Shown in pieces: positions 36,742-51,143 of a stretch of DNA of 64,000 nt (the stretch's first letter is position 1; each line of letters begins with the position of its first letter). The stretch is taken from positions 22,940,001 through 23,004,000 of the forward strand of contig CM022673.1 of NCBI GenBank assembly GCA_012295275.1, read 5' to 3'. This DNA is from Chrysomallon squamiferum (lineage: Eukaryota > Animalia > Mollusca). The notes under the pieces were generated by a model. That model searched no databases and was not told where the DNA came from. It was given only the letters and a program-made list of their open reading frames with translations. A program made the position numbers and the translations under genes.

Positions 36742-39700
36742 ATGTTTGTGGATTCTTTTCAAGAATAGATATACTTTATGCCAGTTTAAAAAAAATTAAA
36801 AAAATTAAAATTATACAGTCAACTGAAAACCATATTTATTCTCTAGCTCAGAATAACTGATTGTGTTCTAAAACAGCAATTTGATAAAAACATGAAACTT
36901 TTAATTAATTTTTTCTGAAGTGTGACCTAATAAATCTATTTGTATGATTATTATTATTATTATTATTATTATTATTGGAGTGTTCCTATCAAATATATCA
37001 TATAAAATAATTAATCCTTATAAAGGCTTTGAAAAGTGACTGTTTTCTTTTTTGATGGCTATACAATGAAATTAATATTTAATTATAGGCTGTTAAGTGT
37101 AATTAATTTGTTTAATTTATTACATGGTGCAGTTTGAAATGAAGATCTGTATCATCTCATTTGACTGATGGAATGGTAAACAGCTGTTGTCTGTTTTCTA
37201 TCATAAATAATTTTTCAGTTTCCATTTTTATACTTTAATTGTTTTTAATTTGCATGCTATAAGACTGCTAATCAAAAGACTAAACTAATTTACCTTTTCA
37301 CTGGCAGATTCAGTGTGATATTCTCTTCATTAATTGGAAACAGTCACATTATAATTGTATGAAATTGACAAGTGTTTTTTATATATAAGGGATATAACAA
37401 TGTAAGAAATATATAATTATTAATTGAATTAAGTGATATTCATACATGAACAAACAAAAAGATAAAAAGTCTTTTCAGTATGTGTATATGTAAAGTTATA
37501 TAAAGTTTGTTTTGAAACTGGATTGTGCATCTGCTTAAATTTTGTTTTGCAGTCAGCCCACAAATGTCCACTATAAACAATTTCATATACTGATCAAGGC
37601 TTGAGCATGACATTTAAATCTCTAAAATATTTTAGATATCTTAACCGAAGTTATTTATTATGTTTCTGTTTAAATATGCTCAGGACTGGATATTTTGCAA
37701 TAATTATTCTATATATTTATAATTGTTTTTTGTTATCTTATTAATTAAATAATTTGCTTTATTAAATTATTTTTTTAGGAGTATTTTATATCAATGTTTA
37801 TCAAATTTAATTACATAATATCTGCATTTTGTAACACAGTTGGTTTGGGTTATTACATCACTACATTTCTTTAGTTGAAGCTATTTTGCGACATGGGCCA
37901 TGTAAGGAATTTAGATTTGAATATCCCACTTTATCCCACTTCACACATGCATTGAATTCCATATTTATTCACTAAGTGAAATATTTTGCTGTTGTGTCAA
38001 AATTGCTCTTGATCAGAAATTTAATATATATAAATAGAGTTTGGGTTTTGATTTCCAAATTTAGAATTTGTAAAGGTTAAGCAAAATAAATGGTAAAATT
38101 TCTTGGCAAGGTATTTAGAAAACTATGTCTTATTTCATTATTATAAACTGCTATTACTTGATTATAAACAGTTAGGAGACACAGTTACATAAATATTGCC
38201 TTTTCTGGATGATTAATTAGGTACAACAATTGTTTGGGGTTATATATTTCTTTACACCATTTACAACACCTCACTTCAATTTCTTGTTAACTTCATTGTA
38301 TGTAGGTTTTTTAAAGGGAATAATTTACTCAGTTTTAAATTCCACATAATTTGTCTCGTAAATCAATGATTTGTTTTTTTCATGCTGTAAATATTCATTA
38401 ATTTCTGTTCATCAGTATCTTAACTCTTTGTGAAGTCAAACCATTATTTCAGGTATTAAACCACTTCAAAAAATAAATAACAAAATATTTACACTTTATA
38501 AAATACAAAATCTTTTGCACTTTTTTGATATTGTATGATAATGTTACATATTTGTTTTGAAATTTGTAAATTTGTTTTACTGCAGCTAAAAGAAATATTA
38601 AGAAATAATTTATGTTTGAACCACCAAATATGTTTTAAGATTTAAATGTTTTAAGGGAGGCAATTTCTCCAATTGAGGAGACATAACAGAGATTCATATT
38701 TATTTTTATTTTCTTAAGACAAGATTGTATCATTATAAGCTGTGAATCTGAATATAAGATATTTTAGTGTTCTTATTCAGTATTCTTATATTTTATAATT
38801 TTATGTAACTAATCTACATATAATCCACTGAAATAATTTTAGTATTAACATTATCGCATGGGTATTTTTGTTAACTAATATTATTTTACTTGATCTTAAT
38901 TAAATTATTTTAATATATTAATAATTCCTTTTGTCTGTAATATTTAGACTAATATTAAAACTTTACTGAGAATAGACTGTATATGATGAAGCATTCTCTG
39001 AACTGATCACTAGTTAACCACTCATTCACTGAAAGCATTTCTAGGTGCTTAAAAATACAGTGATAAATTAGGAAAAATGAAACTTTTCCTGCTTAAAGCA
39101 GGAATCTATGTTAGAATTAATTTTATTATTATATTTTTCAGTTTTAGCAGAGAAAGATAATATAGTATTTTAATTTAATTTGGATTTTATAAAATCTTGA
39201 ATTGTTAACATATGCTCTAGGCCAACAGTAATGTTTTGAATGCAACATTAGTACTCATCATAAATAAACTTTATAATATATGTTTTGTTAACCTTTGAAG
39301 AAAAAATATTTTATGATATAATCTTTAAATTTTGTTTGGTGTATGAACAGGATAGGATTTATAGTTACACAAATCCTTTGTTTTACAGCTGGCACATTTT
39401 TGTTTTACTGCAATTTTCCAGACATCAATATTCAGCCAGATATCAATTTTATATTTAATATATTTTGGATATAGTTCACATGAAATGAATTTGGTTACAA
39501 GGGGTTGCAGATACTAACAGTTCATTTTTAAAAAAATATCATTATTATTATTAAAAGTCTGATATCTTGAAAAAAAAACTTAGAATTAATTTTAGCAGAT
39601 ATATATTTAATTTTCAATCAGAATGTAAAAAGGTTGCACCATGCAAAATATATTGTATTATGGTAGATTTAGAAATCAATTTTTAAAGATTTAATAATTT

Positions 39701-41716
39701 CTTAAGCTATAATTGAAATGTGATGACCATTTCCTTTATAATAATGATATGGTTTAATCTTTATAGCTTGATGTAACCGAATGTAACTGAATATTTTGTG
39801 GAAATTTAATGCAATTTATTATGGTAAGCATAGTAACTAAATTGTATATAAGAAAATTCAGTGATCAAAATTCCAGGTAGTCTGAAAAACATTATGGTCA
39901 CAGGATTTGGCAGCATTTTTCATTCTTTTTATTTTTTATTTGGATTTAACATTTAAAATCTTTTTCGTGAAATCTAAGTAACAGTTAACAGAAATTTAAG
40001 TTCAAGTATGGGATAGCTTGTTTGATACACAGCAAATTATACACAGACAATGAAAGAGTACAGTTATAAACATCTAGGCACCTCATTTTTTCTGAAGTCA
40101 TGATGTCATTCTCTGATATCGTCTAACACTGGCAGAAGGACTATGGCTATCAGTATGCCCTACAGGTGATTATATAGGTGATTATAAAGGAGTAAAATAT
40201 GGTGTACAGATTGTAACAGTACTATTCTATTATTATCATTTGTAATTAATTAGTACATTGCTCAAACTAAGTAAAATTACAATTTGGAAAAATGAATAAT
40301 TTTTTTTTAATGATTTATTTGTATCACAAAAGGTACAGTTTAAATTAGAAATAAGTGAACTGTTACATCATATTAATAGTGACAGCTAATGATTTCTATT
40401 TTGAAATTAAGATTATTATTTACATATATTTTTATGAAGATTTTTTTTTATAAAATTTACAAACAGTGCAGCTCTTATCTCTGGATTTATTACAAAAACA
40501 ATAGCACATATTATTTAACAAATTTCTAGTTTGTAGATATTGTGATGTGATTTTGTTTTAGGGGTTACAGCAGTCCTAAAAAATTCTTATTAAATGAATT
40601 TAATATTATTTTTATAATAATGCTTGAGTAGATTTGGTGTGAAAAACCATTCCCTTATATACTTGCATTTCATTATGTTGAATTATTGTAAAAATGTGAT
40701 TTTTGTGTACATTGGAATGTTCTGTGATTTTTTTTAAATTTTGTTATAATAATAATATTAATAAATATTATTATAAACATTTTCTTTCAGGTAATTCATA
40801 CAAACACATTTTATACTCAGTTGTGCATGAATTATTTAGGTTTTAAAAAATAAAAAAGACTGGTCTTGAATAACACTGAACTAGTAAATTATACAGATAT
40901 AACTGTTAAATATTGTTAAATAACCAAGGTTATAATTAGAATAAGCTATGTAATATTCAATCATTGATTCATATGGTTGTGAAATAATTTATATTGTTTA
41001 GAAAATAATGTTTCTGGCCCTTGGTTTGCATGCAACTGTATTACCTACTGTTTCACATTATGTTAGTTTATAAATAATATTTTTCTCTTTGTAGCAAAAT
41101 TATACCTTCTGGATATTATTTATCAAAATAATATTTGAATAATTTTTATTAAAAGGTAAAAAAGGATTTATGAAAATGGTATTTTTGACATTTTTAACTA
41201 TACAAAAATTAGTAAATTACTTCTTCTTTTTTTTTTGATGTAACTGAAATAAACATACCTGTTTCATAGTTACAGTAATACTCTTCATAACTTACAAATA
41301 TCTACTGAATAAATTGTTTTTCTTTCTTTTTTTTTTCTTTTTTTTCCATTTTCAGCTAAAAATATAAAACCAATTTTTACATTTTGTTAGTTCATTTTGT
41401 ATTCTATTTTGACATAAATGTTTACCTCAGTGATGGATATTTTTCAGTTGATAATGCCTTGTATTAAGAACTTTTTTTTAAATTTGAAATTTCATGGATT
41501 GTTGGAGCTTCCAAAGAAGTTACGACATGAAGCCTGAAAGTTAACATCCTAAGTAACAACGACAGAAGTATACACAGACATTCATAAATGGAAATATTTT
41601 TGCATTCCAGTATTTGTCACGGTTAGTTTGATTGTAATGGAAAGTAATAATAAAAAATAATTATTCCCAGTTCTAGATTATTAGATATTTTAAGAGTGTA
41701 TCAAATATTTTGTCTT

Positions 41717-42630
41717 TTACAGCCTATTTATTTAGTCAACTTAATATATATATAGCTTTTTTTTTTTTATTTGAGATGTTTTGTTCACATTAACATAATA
41801 ATGTTGCACTATTGCCATTTATCGATATTATTGCAGTGATATATTTTTATATATTCATATGCATATTAAAATAATAATGTTTGGTACACGTAATTACAAA
41901 GTATTATCATTTTTTTTCTTTGATTATGTTTTTTTTTTTCAATTTTTCATTACAATTAAATTATCCATTCTTTATCAATTGGAACCAACATACACATCAA
42001 TTTAGGCAAAATTGCATGTAACAATGTCTGAGTTTACTGATTATTTTTCATAATACCAACATATTTGCACAAAAAATGATTTCTGTTTTGTTTTGTTTTT
42101 TTATCCTTCTTCTGCAAATAAGTAATGAAATGAGGTGAATCATTTTATTTGCAATCCTGGTTAAATATTACTATTGATAGAAAAAAGAATATGTTTATTG
42201 TGATACTTTCTTATTAGCAACTACAAGTACGTGAACAAATAATATAGTTAGTGGAAATGTATAAAATATATTTAGGCCATCTGTACAACATTATCTCTGA
42301 AATTTGATGTTAAAAACAGACATAATTTTATTCTGTTAATTCAATTATCATTTCCAATATTTTCTATGATGTTGTGTTGTGATTTTTAAAAACAATTTTC
42401 GGATGTGAAATTGCTGTTACCTGAGGATATTATTTATAGATTGGTAGTACATTATGTATTAATTATTATTATATTTTCAACTTGTGATATGAAATAAAAT
42501 GGTTTGGGCTTTCAAGTGTGTGCATTTCTAATTTACAGCCTATTTATTTAGTCAAAATATATATATATCTTTTTTTTATTTGAGATGTTTTGTTCACAGT
42601 AACATAATAATGTTGCGCTATCGCCATTTA
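41717..42630. repeat. ~100-bp direct repeat pair (41717-41821 and 42532-42630)
   Basis: Both copies read ttacagcctatttatttagtcaa...atttgagatgttttgttcaca.taacataataatgttgc.cta.(t/c)gccattta. Confidence 0.9.
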
Positions 42631-42639
42631 CTATGATGG

Positions 42640-43216
42640 ATACATTTTTTCGATATGTAACGGTTCAAATGTTTTTTATTCGACAAATGCCTACGCTATA
42701 GATTTGCGGAAATAAACGAAATATTCCGAACAATTTCATGGATCATTCGGGAACGAACCCGAATGTGAAATAGAACGAAATATTCCGATTGCGGGAAAAC
42801 CTCCAAACTACGAAATGTACCGAATGTAATGACAATATTTTGATACTTCTGAGATTGACAGCTCCGTGATTGAAACCACGGCGGACGTAAATCGTGGAAT
42901 GGGATGCGAAGCATGCTATGGACTTACATAATTAAACTTAATAATTGGAAATTTTGGAAATATTCTAACAACTGTACTAGAAATAGAAACTTTTGAACTG
43001 TGTCGAATATTGATTTTGGCTGTTCCGAGAGACAAAAACAAAGTGGTTGGCAGCGAGGGCTAAATCAGAGCAGGTCGTAGAAGAACATGTTCATGATGAT
43101 GCATGCCTCGACGAGTGGGTACAGGACGCTCAATAGTGGTTCGTAAAGGATACAGTTATGTAGATTTTAATGACATATGTTTTGTTTATTGGTAACTTTT
43201 ACTGACGTTTCTTTCG
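42640..43216 (+). promoter_or_regulatory. CpG-enriched promoter/5'UTR of the adenylate-kinase-like gene
   Basis: The densest CpG patch in the window, directly upstream of ATG 43217. It contains a 15-bp direct repeat aacgaaatattccga (~42715 and ~42774). Confidence 0.6.
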
Positions 43217-46200
43217 ATGGGTTGCGGTGGAAGTTCCAGGAGAAATTCCAAGAAGTCTGGAAACGAAGCAGCCCACAGGAAAAAGAAAATCAGCGTTCGC
43301 ATTGGTAGCGATGTAAAAATTTTGGATTCAACCCCTGTTGTCATTTTTGTATTTGGTAAGTTCATTTCGGCATCGATTAATTTATATGCAATTTTTTTCC
43401 ATTTTGCAAATGAGACTTTAATTTTTAAGCACCAGGCATTTTACAAATCTTTGATGAATGTGAATTAAAGTCCAATCATAAGAAGCAAACCAGGAAATGT
43501 TGCCTAATACTAAGACTGGTATTGTTATGTGGCAGCTGTCTTTGAAATCTAATTTATCTTGGCAGAAACCAGTTGAAGAAAAATGATTATCAGGAGTAAG
43601 AAATAAAGAGGTGGCCAGATTAACACACTGTTCCTTGATAGAGTGGTCTGTTATTTATCAAGAGTTATCACAGAAGATCAGTTATTCCAACCAACTAATT
43701 CACTGAACTAAAATCTTTTGGTATATTTTAAAACTTCATTATCAGGACAAATTAAATTATAAAAGATAACAAGATGTTTACTTCCATCACCTCTAAGAGC
43801 TTATGCAGCAGTGACTGAATGATTAGTCATTCTTGGAACAAATAAATTCTTTATCCAGCAAAATAACAAAAATGGCAGAAGAGAATGTTGTTGCTTGTTT
43901 TAGATAATGCATGAAAAAAAGGAATCTGTTCCTAAGATACTGAATAGTTATGCTGGCTTTCTTTTCTGACACTTTTGATGAAAAATACCAAACGTGTATA
44001 TTTTATGTTTAATAATGTAAAGGCTATGAGACAATGAATAAAACAAAAATTGTGACTGAACACTATCAGAATAATAATAACCTTGTTATATTATTATAAT
44101 GTTTAGGATATTTGAATTCTTAAATGGCATTATGATGGACTCATCAATTATTTTGCAATTTTATAATTTTACCAAAATTCAAGTTCTAGACTTTAGAACA
44201 TAGTAAATCATTAAATAAAATACTGGGGAAAAACATTATTGTTTCAGATCTGGTAGTCCGTATCCTTAAAGGAAATCCTTATGATCCACAGCTCAGCTAA
44301 AATAGTTCTAAGAGAGTTCAAAATACCAAAGCCTAGGTGCTTATAGTCTACTTCACATATATAGTTTATTTTCTTTCTTTGTGGAAAAACCAACATTTAA
44401 AAAATACATTACTAATTTATCCTTTATCATGGCAGATTAAGATTCTTTTTCAAAATGATCTCTCATGTATTCTCCTGGGATTAAATGTTAGCCCACACCC
44501 GCCAAAAAAACAACAATATAAAAAAGAAGAAAAAAGAAATCCATAATAATACTTAAATTTGCATTTAATTAGCCAGCTATTATTTAAAATGTCCACTTCA
44601 TCTTGTAATCTAATATAAAGATTCTATTCACTGACTTGACAATTAATCAATAATAAAAAAAAGTATTTTGATTGCATGCATTTACCTGTTTGTTCCACCT
44701 CACTGTCTGTGCATCAACACACCTATCACTGAGATTGATTTTTCTGAATAAAGAGTAGGCAAAAGATTTTTGTTTTTAATTATAACAATATCTCTGATCA
44801 ATTACTGATCTATTCAATAATGCACAGTAGATTTAGTCAATGAATAATTATTTCATTCTGGGAGAACACTGAGCAGTATAAAATGATGGCAAAGGAGACT
44901 AATTTTAACAAAATGATTATAACATAACAGATCCAATCTTAGTGTTGTGTAAATTTGAAATACAATGAAGCATACACAAAGACGCATATTTTTCATCAGA
45001 ATAAATTTAACACATGATTTATACAAGAAGGCAATATTGTTTTGAACAAAACTGTATATATTTCAGTTATGTTATGTTTGGTGTTATTTTTTTTTTAGTA
45101 TATGCTGGATGGGCAGATACTTTGGTTAATTCAGTAAAATTCACATACTGAGCTCATAAGAAAATATTAAAAGCAAACCATTTTATTAATATTAATCTTA
45201 ACACCACTTTGTAGTTCAGAATTTTGTAGTGTAATAAATGAAATTAAACATTTGGTTTCCTGTGCAGAAAACTCTATGTAGGTCTGTTTATGAAATTTCG
45301 TTTTAACAAAAGTTGAAAAAAAGAAATTATAGTATTTGCATTATTTTTTTTTCTCAATTTATTTGCTTTTAGGTGGACCTGGTTCAAAGAAAGGAAAACT
45401 TATGAGTGATCTAATTGAAGCTTTTGGATTTAAACTAATCAACATTGATCGAACCATGTTGGGAGTGTTAGCAAAGAAAATGGAAATTTCAGGTTCCTTG
45501 GATTCTGTCACAAAGATTGCTGACCATATTAAAGTAAGCTCAAATACAACTATGCAGATTGATAAGCAACATTTTAAAAAATAATAATATTACTGTTATT
45601 ATTATTATTGTTGTTGTTATTATTACTACTATTATTAATATTATAATTTATTACTATTATTTATTTATTATTTTGTGTCTGCTGAATATATATGCATATA
45701 TTTATTTAAAGCAGTTGGTAAATCTGATAAGAAATGGTTTGTAATATAACAGAAGCATTTATCAATATTACTGTTAAAAACATTGCCAGCTGCTTGAACT
45801 TTATATAAGCTGAATTAATGAGAACAATGTTAGTGTTAAATTCAAGGTTAATGACTGTGCTAATGTTTATATCAGTAGCTGTATTTTCATGTCTGCTATA
45901 TCTGACACATACACAGGTTTCTTTTCTTCAAATGATTCCCATTCAGAACAAATTAAAGATTTTGTAAAGTATTATTCATTAATCAGATTTCTTTGAAAAC
46001 TTTTGTTATAATAACTAGACTGTATACAATCAATAATGTTAAAAAAAAGAAAGAAAAAAACAATCCCATCATATTCAGCTAATTATCCCTCTATGGATAG
46101 CGTGTGTTATTACCTTATAAATTTGAATCAACAGTGAATGACCATTACTAGTGATAATTAATAACTGTGGTTACTTTGGCAGCAGTAATTGTAATCATTA

Positions 46201-49200
46201 GCAAGTATTAATTATCACTGGTTATTACTAGTACCACTATATGGTGTGCAAGATTGTTAACGAACAAGTGAATAATCAGAATGAAGCCATTGCAGTTGAT
46301 CAGAAAAAAATAAATGTGTCTCTTAAACAATCTAAAGATAAACCATACACAGCTTTAAATTTTAAATATCAATGACGAAAAATGCATTTATGCATGGTTG
46401 CTCTAAAATATTAATAAACATTACTTTAGTTTTTATATTATTAAGATACCCCAAATACAGAAACACATACAAAGGATTTAGATAAAGGTGATTCTCTGTT
46501 TGATGTCATTACACAGTGTTTAATGAGGTCACATAACCTAATTTTAATTCACTGTAAACTTCATTTATCTTCTAATTATATTGATATACTTGTCATCATC
46601 TTAATATTTGCCAAAACATGAATTTCAAATAACTTTTTAAATTACAATTAAATGATTAATTTTAATCATATTTTTTTATATAAATATTCAAAACATCTAG
46701 TAAGATTTACTTTAAAAAAAATGTACATCTTTTAACTTCCAAAACTTAAAAATTGAAAGCCTTTTTAAAAAAAAAATGTAAAAAATGTAAAAATTAAAAA
46801 AAAAAATTTCCTTTTTTTAGTTTAGCAAAACATATTATAAAATATCAATCATGCATATTACTTTTCTGGTCTTTCATTTTAATATATGAAATATAAACAC
46901 AAAAAATAAATTTTAAAAACAAATTACAAATATTGATTTGTTTTAAAGCTAGTTATTTATTTAACAAACAAAAATTGTATTTGTAAATAGTGTCAGTTTA
47001 TTGCCTGTCAGCTGTAATCAATTTATTTTTATTTTTATTTTCATACATTTAAAAAACAAAAAAACAAAATTTATAAAACCGTTAACTACCTTGATGCTAA
47101 AATTCTTTTCAAAGGAAGACTCAATTGACAACAGATAATAATAAAAGCAGAAGCTTGCATTAACATGTCAGTTAAAAAAAATGTTTATCACCGGTTAAAT
47201 TTAATGTTACTTAACTCTGAAGTACATGTGTGATTAGAAGCAGAAATACAACATCAGACAGCTGAGCTGTAACTGAATGTTTTAAGTACATTCTTTATTA
47301 GCAGTTGATCAGTATTTACGTTTAGCCATTACAGGTAAACATAACACTTGTTTTCTCGTTAAAGTCTGTCATTGGGGTTTTGTTTAAAATAAAAAGAAGA
47401 AAAGAAAAAACATTTTGACACAAAATAAAAAGAAAAAAAGAAAGGAAAAGAGTGGTAGAAGTGAACGATAGTTTATATTACAATAAACAAATGTTAAAAC
47501 TGCACATCTTCTTATAGCTTTAATAAAGTAAACCAGTTTCCTAAAATATACAAATTATTATAAGTAGCTTGTTTAGATAAATATAGAATTTCATCCAGAC
47601 ATACTGCATTTAATATAATATTTACTGCAATCATCTCCATAAACACTTATGCAAGGGTCACACTGGGGACAAAGCAGGCTTACTTTAATTATTATAAATT
47701 TTATTGATTTTTATATTAAACACATCACATAAAAACATGAATAATAAGACATGCATATTTTAATGCAAAAATGTAACATTCAAAATCTTGTTATATCTCT
47801 GTTATACAGTTTGACATTCTTATTGAGTTGTTGACAAGATGACAATAGAATGTATGTTCAGACCTATTCTGATACTTATCACTGTTTTATTAGTTGCTAC
47901 AAGGTTATTCAGAGAGGCTTGACTATTGATTATTTTTGGTTACTCATAAATGGTTACAGACAGTGCTCCTGAAACACAGTGGATGATTGCAGTTAATTCT
48001 ACAAATTTGTGTTCCTCAAGGTTTTGGCCACAGAATCAACATCCTTTATTAGAAAATTTAGTTTGAGATGTGGAGGGTGAAAAAAATAAATTAAACTTCA
48101 TCAACAACATCTGTTCAGTCTTTCTAAAGTTTTTACAAATGAAAATTAAATAATTTGAGGTTCTTAAGATAGGAAACCCATTTACAAAATAATAATAAAA
48201 AAATAATAAAAGTTTTAAAAAATAATAATAATAATAATAATGAAAAGCAAAGAAAAACAAAAGAGCTGCAAAATTGATAGTGAAAAGAGAAAAAGAATAA
48301 AAATGTAAAAGATTGAAAAAAGAACAAATAGATGAAAAACAATCATAAATTAATTTATGTGAAAATAAAAGTAAATTTATGTGATCTGGATTTCATGCAT
48401 GAATGGGTTTTTTTTGTTTTGTTTAGAAAACATATGGTTGATATATCTAAAAAAAATGGCTATGTAAACAATAAGAAAATCTCTGTAGACAATATACAGT
48501 TTCTGTAGATCAATATATGATTTCTGTAGATAACATGAATTCTATATGCTGGCTCAAACATTTTCATTAGAGAGCAGATATGGTCTCTGTGGAATAGCTG
48601 ATAAGACATTGACTGATCGGTTAAACAAAGCCCTCAAGATAATTTTGTTAAATGAACAGATTTCAAGGAAAATATATTGAAGAATTTGTTTGATGTGCAG
48701 AAAAATTTCACAACAATTATTTTTTTTAAAAAGTAATAATTTATTTCACTTGACAGAAATTTAAACAAATCAGTGGAAGAGATTGTGTATTTTTTTTTTT
48801 TTTAATTTTTATTTATTACTATTATAATTATTATTATTATTATAATTATTTATTTATTTATTTATTTATTTTATCATTCAATTTATTGTATTTAAAGCAA
48901 AAAGAATATTAAAAAATTGATCATTTAATAAATTAAAAAGAATATAGGTATTCTTTGTCAACATTAATCTTTATTTTGTAAAATCAGCTGCACTAGAAAT
49001 TACTTTATTCAATCCAAAAACAGCTCATATTAATCCTCCATCAGTTATTCATTAAAACTTTATACTTTAATCATGATAGTTCTTACTGAACAGTTCATAG
49101 AAACCATAATCAATTAAACTACCCTCATTTCATAATCAGTATTATCATTTTAGAAGAAGCCAATAATAAATTTAACTTTTGTACAAGTAACTTAGATTTT

Positions 49201-50207
49201 ATATCTGCCAAAATGTGAAATATCATTTCTTGTGATAATATTAAGAGCAACACATGCTCATGGCTGTGTTTTTAGTGCAGTAATTCATGAATATAATCTT
49301 TGTAAGTAACAATAACAAGGAAAGGAAATGTTCTCTGTTGACATTAGTGCACACAGTTAATTTGACCTTTGTGTGGAATCTCACAAATCTATGGATAACT
49401 AACAATATTCTGCAGTTGCATATTCTGAAGTACACTTTAACATGAAAGATTAATTGGTTATCTGCAATGATTCATTCCCTGTAATGTTGGACACATGCTG
49501 ATTACTGTCAGACATTTGTGCAAGATTAATTTGTTTTCACAGAAAAATTCAACCAGAAATATCTTTGTCACTGTAATTTCAACATTTGTGGCTGAAGGGT
49601 ATGTAAATGTAACAAATTATTTGCTTGAAAATGATAATCATCCTAATTATGGTTTAATATCCAAGGATTATTATGATGAAGTGAATGAATGCTAGTTGTA
49701 AAACAGTTGCTAGAGCAAGTAATTATTTATTTCAAAAAGAGCCATTATTAATTATTTTTTAATTCCTGAATTTCATGTTTCACATTTTAATTGACATAAA
49801 AGTCTTTGCAAATGGAATTATAATATAATAAAATTTCCAAAATAATGTTATAAAAATGTTGGATATTGTTTAAAAGCTTTAACCATATATTTACTAATCT
49901 CCAGTTTATTTGGCACAAAGACATTAATTGTCTTAACATGGCACATGCATATATTCAGATTACAAGTCACACATGTAGAATATTTTGTAAACAGTTTATA
50001 AAATAATGATAAAATGTTTAAATGCATGTCTGATGCATGGAAAAAGTAATTTTGAAATTAATGATTCTGATCTGATTGTTGTCAAGCTATTAAATGTGGC
50101 AGGTAATTTATTTATATTCAAAGTGTAGAATTTGTTGAAAACAGTTTATAAAATAATGTTAAAATGTTTAAATTCAGATCTGTATGGAAAAAGTCATTTT
50201 GAAATTA

Positions 50208-50240
<33 letters not shown>

Positions 50241-51111
50241 TTGTAATAAGATTATATTACCTGATATCACAAAGATGCTTAAAGATGAAGTCTATTTATA
50301 TACCCATTGTTAATGTCAGAAATCATACCATTGATCTATTGAATAACTTTAATGAAAAATACGTGTTAGTATCATTTAAAAAAGAGCATGTCAGCAAACA
50401 TTAATCTAAAATAGCAGTAGTAAATGTTCTAGATAATACCTTGATATTCACCAATAAAAACTGTCTTCAGAAATCTATTGATTAAATGTGTGATGTACGT
50501 TAGACATGTTTATTTGTGATATATCAGCAGCTTTATCTTTAACACAGGAATTCCTTCTGATTTATTTTATTATAACAAATATGCAAACAACTATTAAAGA
50601 ACTACATAACTTGTTTAGTACTAGCCTTGAATAACAGAAACGTATTAGTAGATGTTGCATTTGAAGCTGTTGCAGTAGTAGTCAAATGGTGGTGATGACA
50701 TTAATAGGAAATGTCTAAACACTGTATATTGTTACCACTTAGAAACAGTGCTTAATAAGACTTTTTTGTTCATGTCTGTTATTAAATGGGCCTGAGAGAG
50801 AAGAGGTTATTTTTTTCAAAACAGCTATTACAGACAGACACATAAAAATTACTAATGTCATTTATATTATGACTATCTGCAATGATGTATAATTTCTAAG
50901 TGTAAGTGAACTTGCAGGGTCTCTCTTAGAAAGGTTCATGCAACAGTGGCAAAACTCAGAATGGTCTTTTTTCATAGTTATGTAAAAAGAAATTCCGTAA
51001 TGTTACATTATAATTAATGACAGGGAATAATAAAAAAAAAAAAATACATTTTATATGCTGAAGATTACTGTATAACTTCATTTTTCGTTTTTTATTGTTT
51101 AAATTAATAGT

Positions 51112-51143
<32 letters not shown>

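Noticed and set aside
36156-36762. Minus-strand ORFs over the last RETREG exon
   Set aside because: Antisense shadows with no independent signals.
36742-41700. Possible hidden gene in the 5-kb gap after RETREG
   Set aside because: No ORF of 60 aa or more and no phase-consistent exon chain. Most likely a long 3'UTR and intergenic DNA.
42696-42914. 72-aa minus-strand ORF and GAA/TTC repeats resembling heat-shock elements
   Set aside because: Explained by the CpG-rich promoter. The spacing GAA-NNN-TTC is not a canonical three-unit HSE.
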